Below are positions 51,477 through 60,994 of a DNA stretch of 64,000 bases, piece by piece. Each line of letters starts with the position of its first letter. Position 1 is the first letter of the stretch. Origin of the DNA: an uncultured Actinomycetes bacterium (GTDB lineage: Bacteria > SZUA-79 > Acidulodesulfobacterales > Acidulodesulfobacteraceae); the NCBI GenBank assembly GCA_964631685.1, contig CAZVZU010000002.1:160001-224000 (forward strand), written 5' to 3'. The notes beneath the pieces are model-generated. The model worked only from the letters and a program-made list of their open reading frames with translations. It was not told the DNA's origin and searched no databases. Made by a program: the position numbers and the translations under genes.

Positions 51477-51506
51477 ATTAAACCACACGGTTGAATAAAA
51501 TGTCAA
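51477..51506 (-). promoter_or_regulatory. Sigma70-type promoter upstream of the fluoride riboswitch
   Basis: TTGACA-N18-TTTAAT with extended -10 TG; predicted start a few nt before the aptamer. Confidence 0.65.
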
Positions 51507-51562
51507 GAAGAATTGACATTTTCACGATCAAGACGCGGCCATTCATAACATGCAACAAGGGA

Positions 51563-52741
51563 TTAATAGTTTTTTGAATCTATTTTTTGTCTCATATGGA
51601 GTATTTTATCTATACCTTTCAAAAAAGCGCCAAAACATTGCGGGTCAAAGGATTTGCCGGGTTTCATTTCATCTTTCATTATCCTTAGGGTTTCTTCAGT
51701 CGAATATGCAGCCTTGTATATCCTTTTATTTATTAATGCGTCAAAAACATCTGCTATTTTGCAAATTCTGCCCATGATTGGAATTTGCTCACCGGCTAAG
51801 CCCTTTGGATACCCACTGCCATCAAAATTTTCATGGTGAGAAAGAGCAATCATTGCGCCATTTTGAAGCACATGGGATTCTGAATTTTTTAGTACATTAT
51901 AGCCCATTTCAGCATGGGATTTCATAATTTCAAACTCATCCTTAGTGAGCCGTCCGGGTTTCAAGAGAATATTATCCGGTATCCCTATCTTGCCTATGTC
52001 GTGCATAGGCGCTGCATATAATATTTCTTCCTGAAAAACATTGTCCATGGTTAGTTCCTTCGCTATAATGCCGGAATAATGGGACATCCTTGCAATATGA
52101 TTACCAGTATCTTCGTCCCTATATTCTGAGAGAACTATAAGCCTACCGATAGAATCATTCTCCATTTTGCGTAAATTGTCCACAGTTTTCTGATGATATG
52201 CCTCTGTAGCAAGGGCAATATCTACAAAAAGCAATTTTTGAACAGCATTTAATATTTTTATCGACTCATCAGAGCCTATTCCTTTCTTTTTACAGCATGA
52301 TACCACTGTGGATGTAATAAGCACGTTATAGTAACCGTAAGCCCCAATATAAATAGAGAGCGGGATTTTATAGGTATAATGCGCAAAACCTACGACAATC
52401 CTATTTATAAAATATTTTTCGTCATAGGTTAAAGCAAATAATTGTTTTACGTAATTAGATTGCGCAAGTTTCAACTGCTCAAGCAATTTGGGTTTAGAAA
52501 GAAGAATTTTACGAGTGTCCCCTATAGTCATCATATAGTCATAAAATGAAGAGGATATTGAAAATGCAACATCTTTATCTATGCAATCTTTAATCTTGGC
52601 GATACCGTCTAAGTCGGCTTTTGAAAAATTTGTCAGCCTATGAAAAAGACTTATACTATGCCGCGAAAAAAGGTTACCTACACCTGCAACCCCTTTTTTC
52701 GTCATATTATATTTTTCAAATATATTATCTATTTTGCTCAT
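51563..52741 (-). CDS. Globin-coupled (protoglobin-type sensor) HD-GYP phosphodiesterase
   Basis: N-terminal FSKAD..FYDY..LEQLK..Q..Y...F..YDEKY..R..VGFAH sensor globin pattern; C-terminal TGNHIARM, HDIGK, HHENFDGSGYP, ADVFDAL. Confidence 0.82.
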   Translation of the reverse strand: MSKIDNIFEKYNMTKKGVAGVGNLFSRHSISLFHRLTNFSKADLDGIAKIKDCIDKDVAFSISSSFYDYMMTIGDTRKILLSKPKLLEQLKLAQSNYVKQLFALTYDEKYFINRIVVGFAHYTYKIPLSIYIGAYGYYNVLITSTVVSCCKKKGIGSDESIKILNAVQKLLFVDIALATEAYHQKTVDNLRKMENDSIGRLIVLSEYRDEDTGNHIARMSHYSGIIAKELTMDNVFQEEILYAAPMHDIGKIGIPDNILLKPGRLTKDEFEIMKSHAEMGYNVLKNSESHVLQNGAMIALSHHENFDGSGYPKGLAGEQIPIMGRICKIADVFDALINKRIYKAAYSTEETLRIMKDEMKPGKSFDPQCFGAFLKGIDKILHMRQKIDSKNY

Positions 52742-52896
52742 TGCTCAAGCCTCTAAAATATTCTCATATAATTAACAAACCTTTATAAAATATGCATTTG
52801 CATGCGATAAAATACAACAAATCACCAATGTGCTTCTTGATTGTATCTCAATATTTATTTTTTTCAAATTATAAAATTAATTTTCAAAAGGATTTA

Positions 52897-52938
52897 ACAA
52901 AAGCGCCGCCTATCTCGTTATTCGCAGATAGGCGGCGC
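52897..52938 (-). terminator. Intrinsic terminator after qNOR
   Basis: GCGCCGCCTATCT-N10-AGATAGGCGGCGC followed by TTTTGTT on the minus strand. Confidence 0.8.
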
Positions 52939-52971
52939 AGGGGGACTAACAACAATCTTTTCTAAATTATT

Positions 52972-55251
52972 CTATCCATCTATTGATTTCTTAGATTGAA
53001 GAACTTTTTTTGTTATATCAACGAAAAGTATCAAAACACCTATCGAAAAGACTATGTCTCCGGGTATTCTTAGCCACAACCATAAATTTGTCTTATCATA
53101 AAAGTAGATGCTCCTGGAATACCAATAACCGTGTTGTATGGAAGCATAAAATTGCATAAAACCTTCGGGTAGAAAATTTAGAATTACCCATAAGATCATG
53201 CCGATATTAAAGCACCATAAAGCTATTCTGCCCGCTTTGTCATCCCATTTAGACGATTTCACGGTCATCCTGAGAACATAATAGCTTAGCGCTATACCTA
53301 AAAGACCAAAAACGCCGAACATTGCGGTATGCCCATGATTAATGGTCAGATATTGGCCATGCTCGTAGTAGTTCATCAACGGCGTATTTATCAGCGCCCC
53401 GAAAACACCAGCCCCTATAAAATTCCAAAACGTGGAAGCTTCTAAATATTTAAATGATAAATCTTGGGGAAATGCTTTGCCTGCCTTCACTAGAATATTT
53501 TTTTCGTAAACGGCCTGCATCGTTAAAAGCAGAAGCGGAATAACCTCGAGAAACGAGAACATAGACCCGAGGGCTATCCATATAGAAGCATCACCAACAA
53601 AATAAAAGTGGTGCCCCGTTCCGAGAATACCCCCCAAAAATATGAGCAATATTTCGAGAAGCAGGGTATTTTCTATCGTTTGTCTCCTTACTAGACCCTG
53701 CGCAAGAAAAAAATAGCCTATAACGGTAACGGCAAAAAATTCGAATGTGCCTTCAACCCACAGATGAACAACCCACCATCTCCAGAAATCGGTTATCGTC
53801 CAGTTTTTTAAAATCCACGCCAATGGGAACATTCCGAACACATACATTATACCGATAGTTGCCGCACTGATCAAAAAAAGGCTTTCAACACTCCATTTAT
53901 CCTTATTTTTTTTAAAATGTGGCTTCATCGCTCTATATAGTATAACGACCCACAACAGTAAACCGATGAATAAGATAAACTGATTAAGCCTTCCTAATTG
54001 TAAATATTCTAAGCCTTGGTTTCCGATGAAAAACCACCATCCGTGATGGAAAAAACCTTTTGCGCCCAGATACATTCCTATAAGAGCCGAGACGCCATCT
54101 ATCAGTAACGCCCACCACAGAAAATCTATCAAAAACGACTGCCACTTCGCCTCTTTACCACCGCCTACATATTTAGACACAAATATACCGGCACCGAGCC
54201 ACATGGATGCTATAAAAAGAATTGCAAGTTGGATGTGCCACGACTTAACAATATTGAACGGCAATGCGCTAAGGGTATTAATCCCGAAAAACGATGACCT
54301 CTCAGCATAGTAATGAGCCAGCATCATGCCTGCTATGATTTGTAAACCTAAGAAGAATGCCCCTAGAAAAAAATACTTGCCGGCTTTCTTCATTGAACGA
54401 GTAATTTTAAAATTATCTAAATTCTCCATAGGCTCCCAGTTATCCAGCATAGCCGGAGCTTCTTGCCACCCAGGGGAAATATAGGTTAGAAAGAACCATA
54501 TAACAAGGCCCGCTAACGCAATAAAAACAGCGATAGAAGCAAATGACCATGTGTAGAGATATGTCGGCGGGGTATTCCCTGACCCCCTGCTATACGGCCA
54601 GTTATTTGTGTAGGTATAGTCAAGTCCAGGCCTCAATGTAGCTGCGCTCCACGCCGTCCAGGAGTAAAAATCGACTATTCTGGCAATATATTCCTTTGAC
54701 GGGACAAGATTCTTTCCTATCCCAAGGCTGGGATTGCCGTTAGTATAAAGATTTTCGATTCTTTTTTGGATCTTGTTAAAGGCATATACTTGGCCGGGCG
54801 TATATGTTATAGTACCCGCGATCCGAGAAAATCTGTTCTTCTTTATATTAGATATAACAATCATCCTGACATAATCCATATTCCTCGGGGAAAGCATGTT
54901 GTACGGCTTTTTATACATTTTCCGTGCTTCAAAATTCCTATAAAATTTAACCTCATTATGAATGTACTGATCCGTGAAATCAGGACCGAAATATGCGCCG
55001 TCCCCATAAATACTTCCGTAATCCATTAAATCGAATTCCTGGAACCTAGCCTTACCAGAAACAATATTCTTGCCGGTAAACAGAACATTACCCTTGGTTG
55101 TTACTACCTTAGTAGGTACTGGCGGAGCTCCGCTATATACCTTAAATGTTCCATAGATTAATATGACAACGAGGACTATAATCGTAATTGACAATGTAAT
55201 CTTCAAAAACTTGTTTACAGCCTTTTCGTCGTAGTTAATACTCTTACTCAT
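52972..55251 (-). CDS. norZ: Quinol-dependent nitric oxide reductase (qNOR)
   Basis: YGSIYGDGAYFGPDFT, YTNNWP, WWVVHLWVEGTFE, GTGHH, HGHTAMFG, RIPGD; ATG 55251 after GGAGG. Confidence 0.92.
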   Translation of the reverse strand: MSKSINYDEKAVNKFLKITLSITIIVLVVILIYGTFKVYSGAPPVPTKVVTTKGNVLFTGKNIVSGKARFQEFDLMDYGSIYGDGAYFGPDFTDQYIHNEVKFYRNFEARKMYKKPYNMLSPRNMDYVRMIVISNIKKNRFSRIAGTITYTPGQVYAFNKIQKRIENLYTNGNPSLGIGKNLVPSKEYIARIVDFYSWTAWSAATLRPGLDYTYTNNWPYSRGSGNTPPTYLYTWSFASIAVFIALAGLVIWFFLTYISPGWQEAPAMLDNWEPMENLDNFKITRSMKKAGKYFFLGAFFLGLQIIAGMMLAHYYAERSSFFGINTLSALPFNIVKSWHIQLAILFIASMWLGAGIFVSKYVGGGKEAKWQSFLIDFLWWALLIDGVSALIGMYLGAKGFFHHGWWFFIGNQGLEYLQLGRLNQFILFIGLLLWVVILYRAMKPHFKKNKDKWSVESLFLISAATIGIMYVFGMFPLAWILKNWTITDFWRWWVVHLWVEGTFEFFAVTVIGYFFLAQGLVRRQTIENTLLLEILLIFLGGILGTGHHFYFVGDASIWIALGSMFSFLEVIPLLLLTMQAVYEKNILVKAGKAFPQDLSFKYLEASTFWNFIGAGVFGALINTPLMNYYEHGQYLTINHGHTAMFGVFGLLGIALSYYVLRMTVKSSKWDDKAGRIALWCFNIGMILWVILNFLPEGFMQFYASIQHGYWYSRSIYFYDKTNLWLWLRIPGDIVFSIGVLILFVDITKKVLQSKKSIDG

Positions 55252-55339
55252 AAACACTCCTCCTTTTATACAAATACCTTTTACATAAAAAAATAGTTCG
55301 GCAATTTCCACTTACCGAACTTAGCTTTGATGAATCATC

Positions 55340-55747
55340 TCACCTCCTTTTTGTAATTTTCATGTCTTGCGCAATTTTTAATTCGGATACTATTATTTTT
55401 CTGTCTCTTTTGGTTAAATGGTTAAACATTAAAACAAAATACATAGTCCCAGATGGACTTTTTAAAAAATCATATAGGCTCTCTCTGTAAATTTTTTCAA
55501 CATTGGAATATGCACCAGAAAGGTCCGGGCCCACATGTGCGCCCTCGATATTCAGTATTCTTATGCTATGGCATTTTACACAACCCAAATTATAAAAAAT
55601 GCGCGTGCCAGTTTTAATTCTAAACCCTTTCATGTTCGTCCCATGAGAAGTCACATTAAACAACACTGCAATTAAAACCGATACAACCAAAACTAAGCTG
55701 GCGAACGCAATAATACCCGTCTTCACAATCCTTTTGTTATAATCCAT
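55340..55747 (-). CDS. Membrane-anchored monoheme c-type cytochrome
   Basis: N-terminal TM helix, CVKCH, GPDLS, distal Met in SGTM. Confidence 0.82.
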   Translation of the reverse strand: MDYNKRIVKTGIIAFASLVLVVSVLIAVLFNVTSHGTNMKGFRIKTGTRIFYNLGCVKCHSIRILNIEGAHVGPDLSGAYSNVEKIYRESLYDFLKSPSGTMYFVLMFNHLTKRDRKIIVSELKIAQDMKITKRR

Positions 55748-55852
55748 ATTAATTAATTTCCAATATCAAACTGCATTATAAAATAAACCTTATTCGCACG
55801 CACATGCCCAGCAATTCGGAAATACGCAGATACATCATCCCTATTCTGTGTC

Positions 55853-55895
55853 ATTATAGAAGGGTATAAAATTAAATGTTATGACTTTTGTCACA
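55853..55895 (-). promoter_or_regulatory. CRP/FNR-family box (55880-55895) at -41.5 of a TATAAT promoter for cytochrome c-qNOR
   Basis: Minus strand TGTGACAAAAGTCATA; TATAAT at 55853-55858. Confidence 0.7.
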
Positions 55896-55944
55896 AACTA
55901 AATTTTTACATATCGTTTTTATAAACCTATTTTATTTTTATTTG

Positions 55945-55987
55945 TGTGACAAAAATCATATGCTAATCATAAATGTTTTGCGATAAT
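55945..55987 (+). promoter_or_regulatory. CRP/FNR-family box (55945-55960) at -41.5 of a divergent extended -10 promoter
   Basis: TGTGACAAAAATCATA; TGcGATAAT at 55979-55987. Confidence 0.7.
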
Positions 55988-56040
55988 GGCTAAGAAATGT
56001 TAGTAATAGTATTTGGAGCTGACGATATAAGGATGGATGC

Positions 56041-56601
56041 GTGAAGGTTGTAAACAATATAATTTCTGATTACTTGGTCTCTTCCAGCGCGGTGCTCGAT
56101 AACGGTGAGCCTATTACTGCTTTCCTCGCTAGTTGGGATTGTCTTACCTTGATTGCACAAATAAACTTGAACAGGCATTCCAATAAGAACAAAAACGATA
56201 GAGATAAGATAGAGTTCCTGTTTAAGGATTATAGAAAGAATATCGCCCTAATACTTGTACATAAAAATAATTTGATAAATCTTGAGAATATACTCTCTAT
56301 TGTTAAGTCAGGCTGCCCCATATTGATAACCAAATTCGAGGATATCAAGGATACTGTTAATAATACTAATGGTATTTTTCAATTTGCAGCGTCCTCAGAT
56401 GAAGATGCGTCTGCAGTCAAAGAAGCAGAATATTTCATGGAGTGTCTCGCCGGTTTAATTCATCTGGGCAAAAATAAGCTGTTCAAATCATTGAGCTTAG
56501 ATCGCCTATCTGATAATTATGAAAGTTACGATATTCAGTTTTGTGAAAATGCATCGCAATTAATATTTAGCATAATCAGGGGAATTATAAAGGTGGAATA
56601 G
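56041..56601 (+). CDS. Hypothetical protein
   Basis: 186-aa ORF filling the gap, GTG start after AAGGA; no recognised motif. Confidence 0.6.
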   Translation: MKVVNNIISDYLVSSSAVLDNGEPITAFLASWDCLTLIAQINLNRHSNKNKNDRDKIEFLFKDYRKNIALILVHKNNLINLENILSIVKSGCPILITKFEDIKDTVNNTNGIFQFAASSDEDASAVKEAEYFMECLAGLIHLGKNKLFKSLSLDRLSDNYESYDIQFCENASQLIFSIIRGIIKVE

Positions 56602-56632
56602 GATATTTTTGAATAATCAATGCCGTATTTTC

Positions 56633-59383
56633 CTAATGCGCTTCCGACCAATTTTTACCAACTCTAACATTCACAAGTAGCGGAACGCGTGCTAAAAGGT
56701 TTTTATCTGTCATAGCAACAGTCACAATCCCTTTAAGCTCGTCTATTAAAGATTCTTTCACCTCAAATATAAGCTCATCATGCACCTGAAGAATCATCTT
56801 TGCTTCACTTTCTAATGGGTTAATATCCGAAAGTTTCTTATGGATATTAATCATTGCAATCTTTATTATATCGGCTGCCGTTCCCTGAATGGGAGCATTT
56901 ATTGCGGCCCTTTCGGAAGAAGATGCCAAATTTTTTATTTTTGAATTAATATTTGCTACATAGCATTTTCTCCCGAAAGCAGTCTTGACAAATCCGTTCA
57001 GTTTAGCATCATTGACGGTTCGTTCCATATAGTCTTTGATAGGGCGGTGATTTTTAAAAAATAAATCTATATAGAGTTTTGCCTCTTCGGCTAAAATACC
57101 CAGTTCTTTTGACAGCCCGTAAAAACTCATGCCGTAAATTATGCCAAAATTAATTACCTTAGCCTTTCTTCGCATGGCGGGGTCAACGTCATCAGATTTA
57201 ACCTTGAATATTTCGGATGCTGTTTTCGTGTGAATATCTTCATTATTTTGAAAACTCTCTATCAGTACTTTATCCTCAGCAATGGATGCTATAACCCTTA
57301 AATCAATCTGCGAATAGTCTGCAGATAAAAGAACATAGCCTTTTTTAGCTATAAAAGACTGCCTTATTTTGGTTCCTTCTGCGCCGGTAACGGGAATATT
57401 TTGAAGATTGGGCCTCTGACTTGCGAGTCTGCCCGTTGAAGTGGTGACCTGTGAAAAAGAAGTATGAACCCTATCATCTTTATCGATCTCTCTTAATAGA
57501 ACATCAGTAAAAGATGTTTTAAGTTTAACCTTATTTCTGTAAGATATAAGACTATCGATGAATTCTAAGTATTGCCCCACTATTTCATCACCATTATCCG
57601 ACAACAACAATTTAATTTTAGACTTTAATGCCAGAAGGACTCCTATATCGGTACTGTTTTTCTTAACCCTATCAAATTTCATTTCGACGAACATGATTTG
57701 GCTAAGTTGCTTTGGAGAATTCACGTTGAATTCTCTTCCAGCTATTTGATGCAAAATACCCGCAAGTCTTTTGGATTCCACATCCAATTCGGCAGATAAA
57801 GACATAAGCTTATCCTTATCTATCATGAATCCGACATGTTCCATATCGCTCAAGATGGCGGCAAGCGGCATGTCGACATTATAAAAAAGATACTTTATGT
57901 CAGTATCTTTTTCAATCTGCGTCTTCATTATTTTATACAATGTATAGACAGAAAAAGCTTGATTTTCGGTATCCGTATCAAAGCCAAATTCGTTCTTTAT
58001 ATCTATAAAACTATGAGAATGCCGTATAGGATTTAAAAGATATGATGCTATTTTTATATCAAAAAAAAGATTATTTAGTTTAATGCCGGCCTCGTCTAGA
58101 AATCCTTTAATACCAGCAAGATCATAGCCTATCTTAGATACAGAGTCATCTTGTAATAAACTTAATATTTGCGCATTATGTAGAATATTTTCTATACTGA
58201 TAGCTTCGCTCCCTATTTCTCCAGAAAATAATCGGATTAAAACTCTGTCATTATCACCGTTAAAATTGAGTCCGGATAAATCTTTGCCCTTATCATTTGT
58301 GAGGTCAATGTAGATCGAGATAATCTTTGTATTTTCAACACTATCACAACAATCGTTATTGCCAGATTCGCTAATGTAATTGCTATGGACAATGCCGTTA
58401 GGACTTATCTCTATCCCCTTTGACAACGAACTAAGCTCTAACATCTTGAAAATACTGTAAAGCCCTTTATCGTCCCTTGGCATCATTACAAAATCATCCA
58501 ATGCACAAAAAGCATTCCTGTCACCTTTTTGCATATATTCTTCTGTCTTAGGGGTAAAATAAGCATCATTAATATTGATATTTTGATAGAACGAGGCAAG
58601 TTTTAGGCTTATATATGCATTTTCTTTGTAATTTACAAGCAAATTCCTGAGTTTTTGCTGTTTAATAGTATCGATATCTTTATAAACACTGTCTAGATTT
58701 TTATGCGCCCTTATCAAATTAAAAGCCGTCTTCTCTCCGATGCCCTTTATTCCGGGAATATTATCGGATGCGTCACCCATAAGCGATAGGACATAAAGGT
58801 ATTCACTCGGCTTTATGCCGCATTCATCCTCAAAACTCTCAGCAGTGATAAGTTTATTCTTAAGGGCATCGTACATGCAGACATTTTTTGATAAAAGCTG
58901 CTTCAGATCCTTATCGCTACTTACTATGCAGGTAGAAATATTTAACTTTTCTGAAAAATTATTGACTATGTACGCTATCAGGTCGTCCGCCTCATAGCCC
59001 TCAAGCTTGAATGTGTTAAATCCTAACAAGTAAGAGATATCCGTCAAATAACCAACCTGCGATAGTAAGTCATCCGGCATCTCCTTCCTATTTGCCTTAT
59101 AATCTTTGTAAGATTTCTTTCTTAGACTTTCTCTGGAATCAAAAAGACAACTGCCATACCTTATATTTGCACCTTTAATTAATTTTATGAGCATTCTTGA
59201 ATATCCTAATGTAGCCCCGGTGGGAACGCCTTTAGAGTTGGTCAGGGAGGGAAGAGCATAATAAGCCCTATAAAAATATGAACTTGAATCAATTAAAAAC
59301 AGATCTGCTTTAATATCGGGGATGTCTCTGATTTTGGAACGACTTTTACTTTTTGCTGTTTTTTGTGATAACTGATTTTCCAT
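56633..59383 (-). CDS. polA: DNA polymerase I
   Basis: LIDSSSYFYRAY, YKANR, EADD, TGRLAS..PNLQNIP, ADYSQ, KVINFGIIYG, QVHDEL. Confidence 0.96.
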   Translation of the reverse strand: MENQLSQKTAKSKSRSKIRDIPDIKADLFLIDSSSYFYRAYYALPSLTNSKGVPTGATLGYSRMLIKLIKGANIRYGSCLFDSRESLRKKSYKDYKANRKEMPDDLLSQVGYLTDISYLLGFNTFKLEGYEADDLIAYIVNNFSEKLNISTCIVSSDKDLKQLLSKNVCMYDALKNKLITAESFEDECGIKPSEYLYVLSLMGDASDNIPGIKGIGEKTAFNLIRAHKNLDSVYKDIDTIKQQKLRNLLVNYKENAYISLKLASFYQNININDAYFTPKTEEYMQKGDRNAFCALDDFVMMPRDDKGLYSIFKMLELSSLSKGIEISPNGIVHSNYISESGNNDCCDSVENTKIISIYIDLTNDKGKDLSGLNFNGDNDRVLIRLFSGEIGSEAISIENILHNAQILSLLQDDSVSKIGYDLAGIKGFLDEAGIKLNNLFFDIKIASYLLNPIRHSHSFIDIKNEFGFDTDTENQAFSVYTLYKIMKTQIEKDTDIKYLFYNVDMPLAAILSDMEHVGFMIDKDKLMSLSAELDVESKRLAGILHQIAGREFNVNSPKQLSQIMFVEMKFDRVKKNSTDIGVLLALKSKIKLLLSDNGDEIVGQYLEFIDSLISYRNKVKLKTSFTDVLLREIDKDDRVHTSFSQVTTSTGRLASQRPNLQNIPVTGAEGTKIRQSFIAKKGYVLLSADYSQIDLRVIASIAEDKVLIESFQNNEDIHTKTASEIFKVKSDDVDPAMRRKAKVINFGIIYGMSFYGLSKELGILAEEAKLYIDLFFKNHRPIKDYMERTVNDAKLNGFVKTAFGRKCYVANINSKIKNLASSSERAAINAPIQGTAADIIKIAMINIHKKLSDINPLESEAKMILQVHDELIFEVKESLIDELKGIVTVAMTDKNLLARVPLLVNVRVGKNWSEAH

Positions 59384-59389
59384 TATTAT

Positions 59390-59818
59390 TTAACGCTTTT
59401 TAACATCTATAACACGAGTAAAAGCCAACCTGTCACCTAATCTCTCACCCTTAGGACTCTGTATGATAAAATAACTCTCAACGCCGAATATAAAACAACC
59501 CACGACAAAAAATAAAAAATATCCAACAAAGGGTATAAAAGAAAATGCAAGGGCTAATGCGAGGAAAGAATTTCTTATAATAGATTCCTTGAATTCAATT
59601 CGTTTTTCATCAAAGATAGTTACGGTCCTTAGGCCTATAAGCTTTTTTCCTATACTTTGTCCATCAAAAAAACCGTCCGCAATTAAAATATAGAGAATGC
59701 CGGCTAAAAAACCAAAGGGGTAGAATATCTCACTCAAAAAACCTACGATCAGTAAGTCAATCGCTTTAGCTATAAATCTGTGAAGGGTATTTGCCTTTTT
59801 ATCCATAAACTGATCCAT
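59390..59818 (-). CDS. RDD family membrane protein
   Basis: RFIAKAID, GQSIGKKLIGL, RN, RLGDRLAFTRV. Confidence 0.85.
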   Translation of the reverse strand: MDQFMDKKANTLHRFIAKAIDLLIVGFLSEIFYPFGFLAGILYILIADGFFDGQSIGKKLIGLRTVTIFDEKRIEFKESIIRNSFLALALAFSFIPFVGYFLFFVVGCFIFGVESYFIIQSPKGERLGDRLAFTRVIDVKKR

Positions 59819-59842
59819 TTTAGCATATAAATAAAGTTATCG

Positions 59843-60994
59843 TTATTTATTAATAAGCTTTCCTTTCGTTGGTTCATAAATACAATAAGGCTCTTCTTCC
59901 ATATAATCACCTTTCTCGTAATAAGCCCGCGCCCTACACCCCTCGCATACCTTTTTGTATTCACAAATACCACATTTACCTTTCAATAAACCCGTGTCCC
60001 TGAGGTTTAAAAATACTTCCGAGTTATCCCAGATTTTACCAACGGGTTCCTTTGTGACATCCCCCGCTTGAACAGGAAGATAACCGCAAGGCTGAACTAT
60101 CCCTTTTCTCGATATAAACATAACACCGCTTCCAGCTAAACAGCCCCGAGTAACCGCAGCCATACCATGGGTCTTTGGGGTTATGGCTATGCCATCATCT
60201 TTTGCCCTTTTATGCATAATTCTAAAAAAATGAGGGGCACATGTAGCCTTAAGTTCTATTGTCCCTCTAAGCTCCATAGTCTTGTCGTAAAACCAGGATA
60301 AAATGTCCTCGTATTTTTGTTTATCCAGCATTTGAGAATCGGCGATTTGAACACCGCAACCAACGGGAACAAGCATAAATATATGAAGAGCCTTTACGCC
60401 GGTATTTAGAGCCAAAGTTAATATATCTTCAACCTCATCTTCGTTGTGTCTTGCAATAGTTGTATTGATTTGAACCTCAATACCCTCTTTTTGTAGCATT
60501 CTTACGCCGTTAAATGCGCCTTCAAAAGAGCCTTGCATCATCCTGAATGTATCATGCGTCTTGGAATTAGCCCCATCAAGACTCACAGACACCCTTTTAA
60601 TTCCGCTTTTTTTGATCTGTTTCGCGACCGATTCATCGACTAAAGTACCATTTGTGGCAAGCGCGACACGCAGGCCCTTACTTGTGGCATAACCGGCGAT
60701 CTCAAAAATATCATCTCTATACAACGGTTCTCCGCCCGTCAAGATAAGAATAGGGCTGCTAAACTTACATATCTCATCTATAATGCTAAAACACTTTTCC
60801 GTCTTCAATTCATCTTCCTGCCTCTCCAGTTGAGCCTCTGCGCGACAATGGATGCACCTTAAATTACACCTTGCAGTAAGTTCCCAAAAAACCAGTCTCA
60901 ATTCATTTTTTTGCGAGACCCGCATACCACTAGCCGGATGTCCCCCGGCAGGCATTGAAATATTGCTATTATTATCCACTGTATATCTCCTCAT
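59843..60994 (-). CDS. ahbD: AdoMet-dependent heme b synthase (NirJ2-type)
   Basis: LRLVFWELTARCNLRCIHCRA, FMLVPVGCG, KATCAPH, RGCLAG, SPASM. Confidence 0.88.
   Translation of the reverse strand: MRRYTVDNNSNISMPAGGHPASGMRVSQKNELRLVFWELTARCNLRCIHCRAEAQLERQEDELKTEKCFSIIDEICKFSSPILILTGGEPLYRDDIFEIAGYATSKGLRVALATNGTLVDESVAKQIKKSGIKRVSVSLDGANSKTHDTFRMMQGSFEGAFNGVRMLQKEGIEVQINTTIARHNEDEVEDILTLALNTGVKALHIFMLVPVGCGVQIADSQMLDKQKYEDILSWFYDKTMELRGTIELKATCAPHFFRIMHKRAKDDGIAITPKTHGMAAVTRGCLAGSGVMFISRKGIVQPCGYLPVQAGDVTKEPVGKIWDNSEVFLNLRDTGLLKGKCGICEYKKVCEGCRARAYYEKGDYMEEEPYCIYEPTKGKLINK

Noticed and set aside
52972..55251. Possible NO dismutase (NOD)
   Set aside because: Canonical qNOR residues are retained (HLWVEGxxE, GHH, quinol-site His and Asp).
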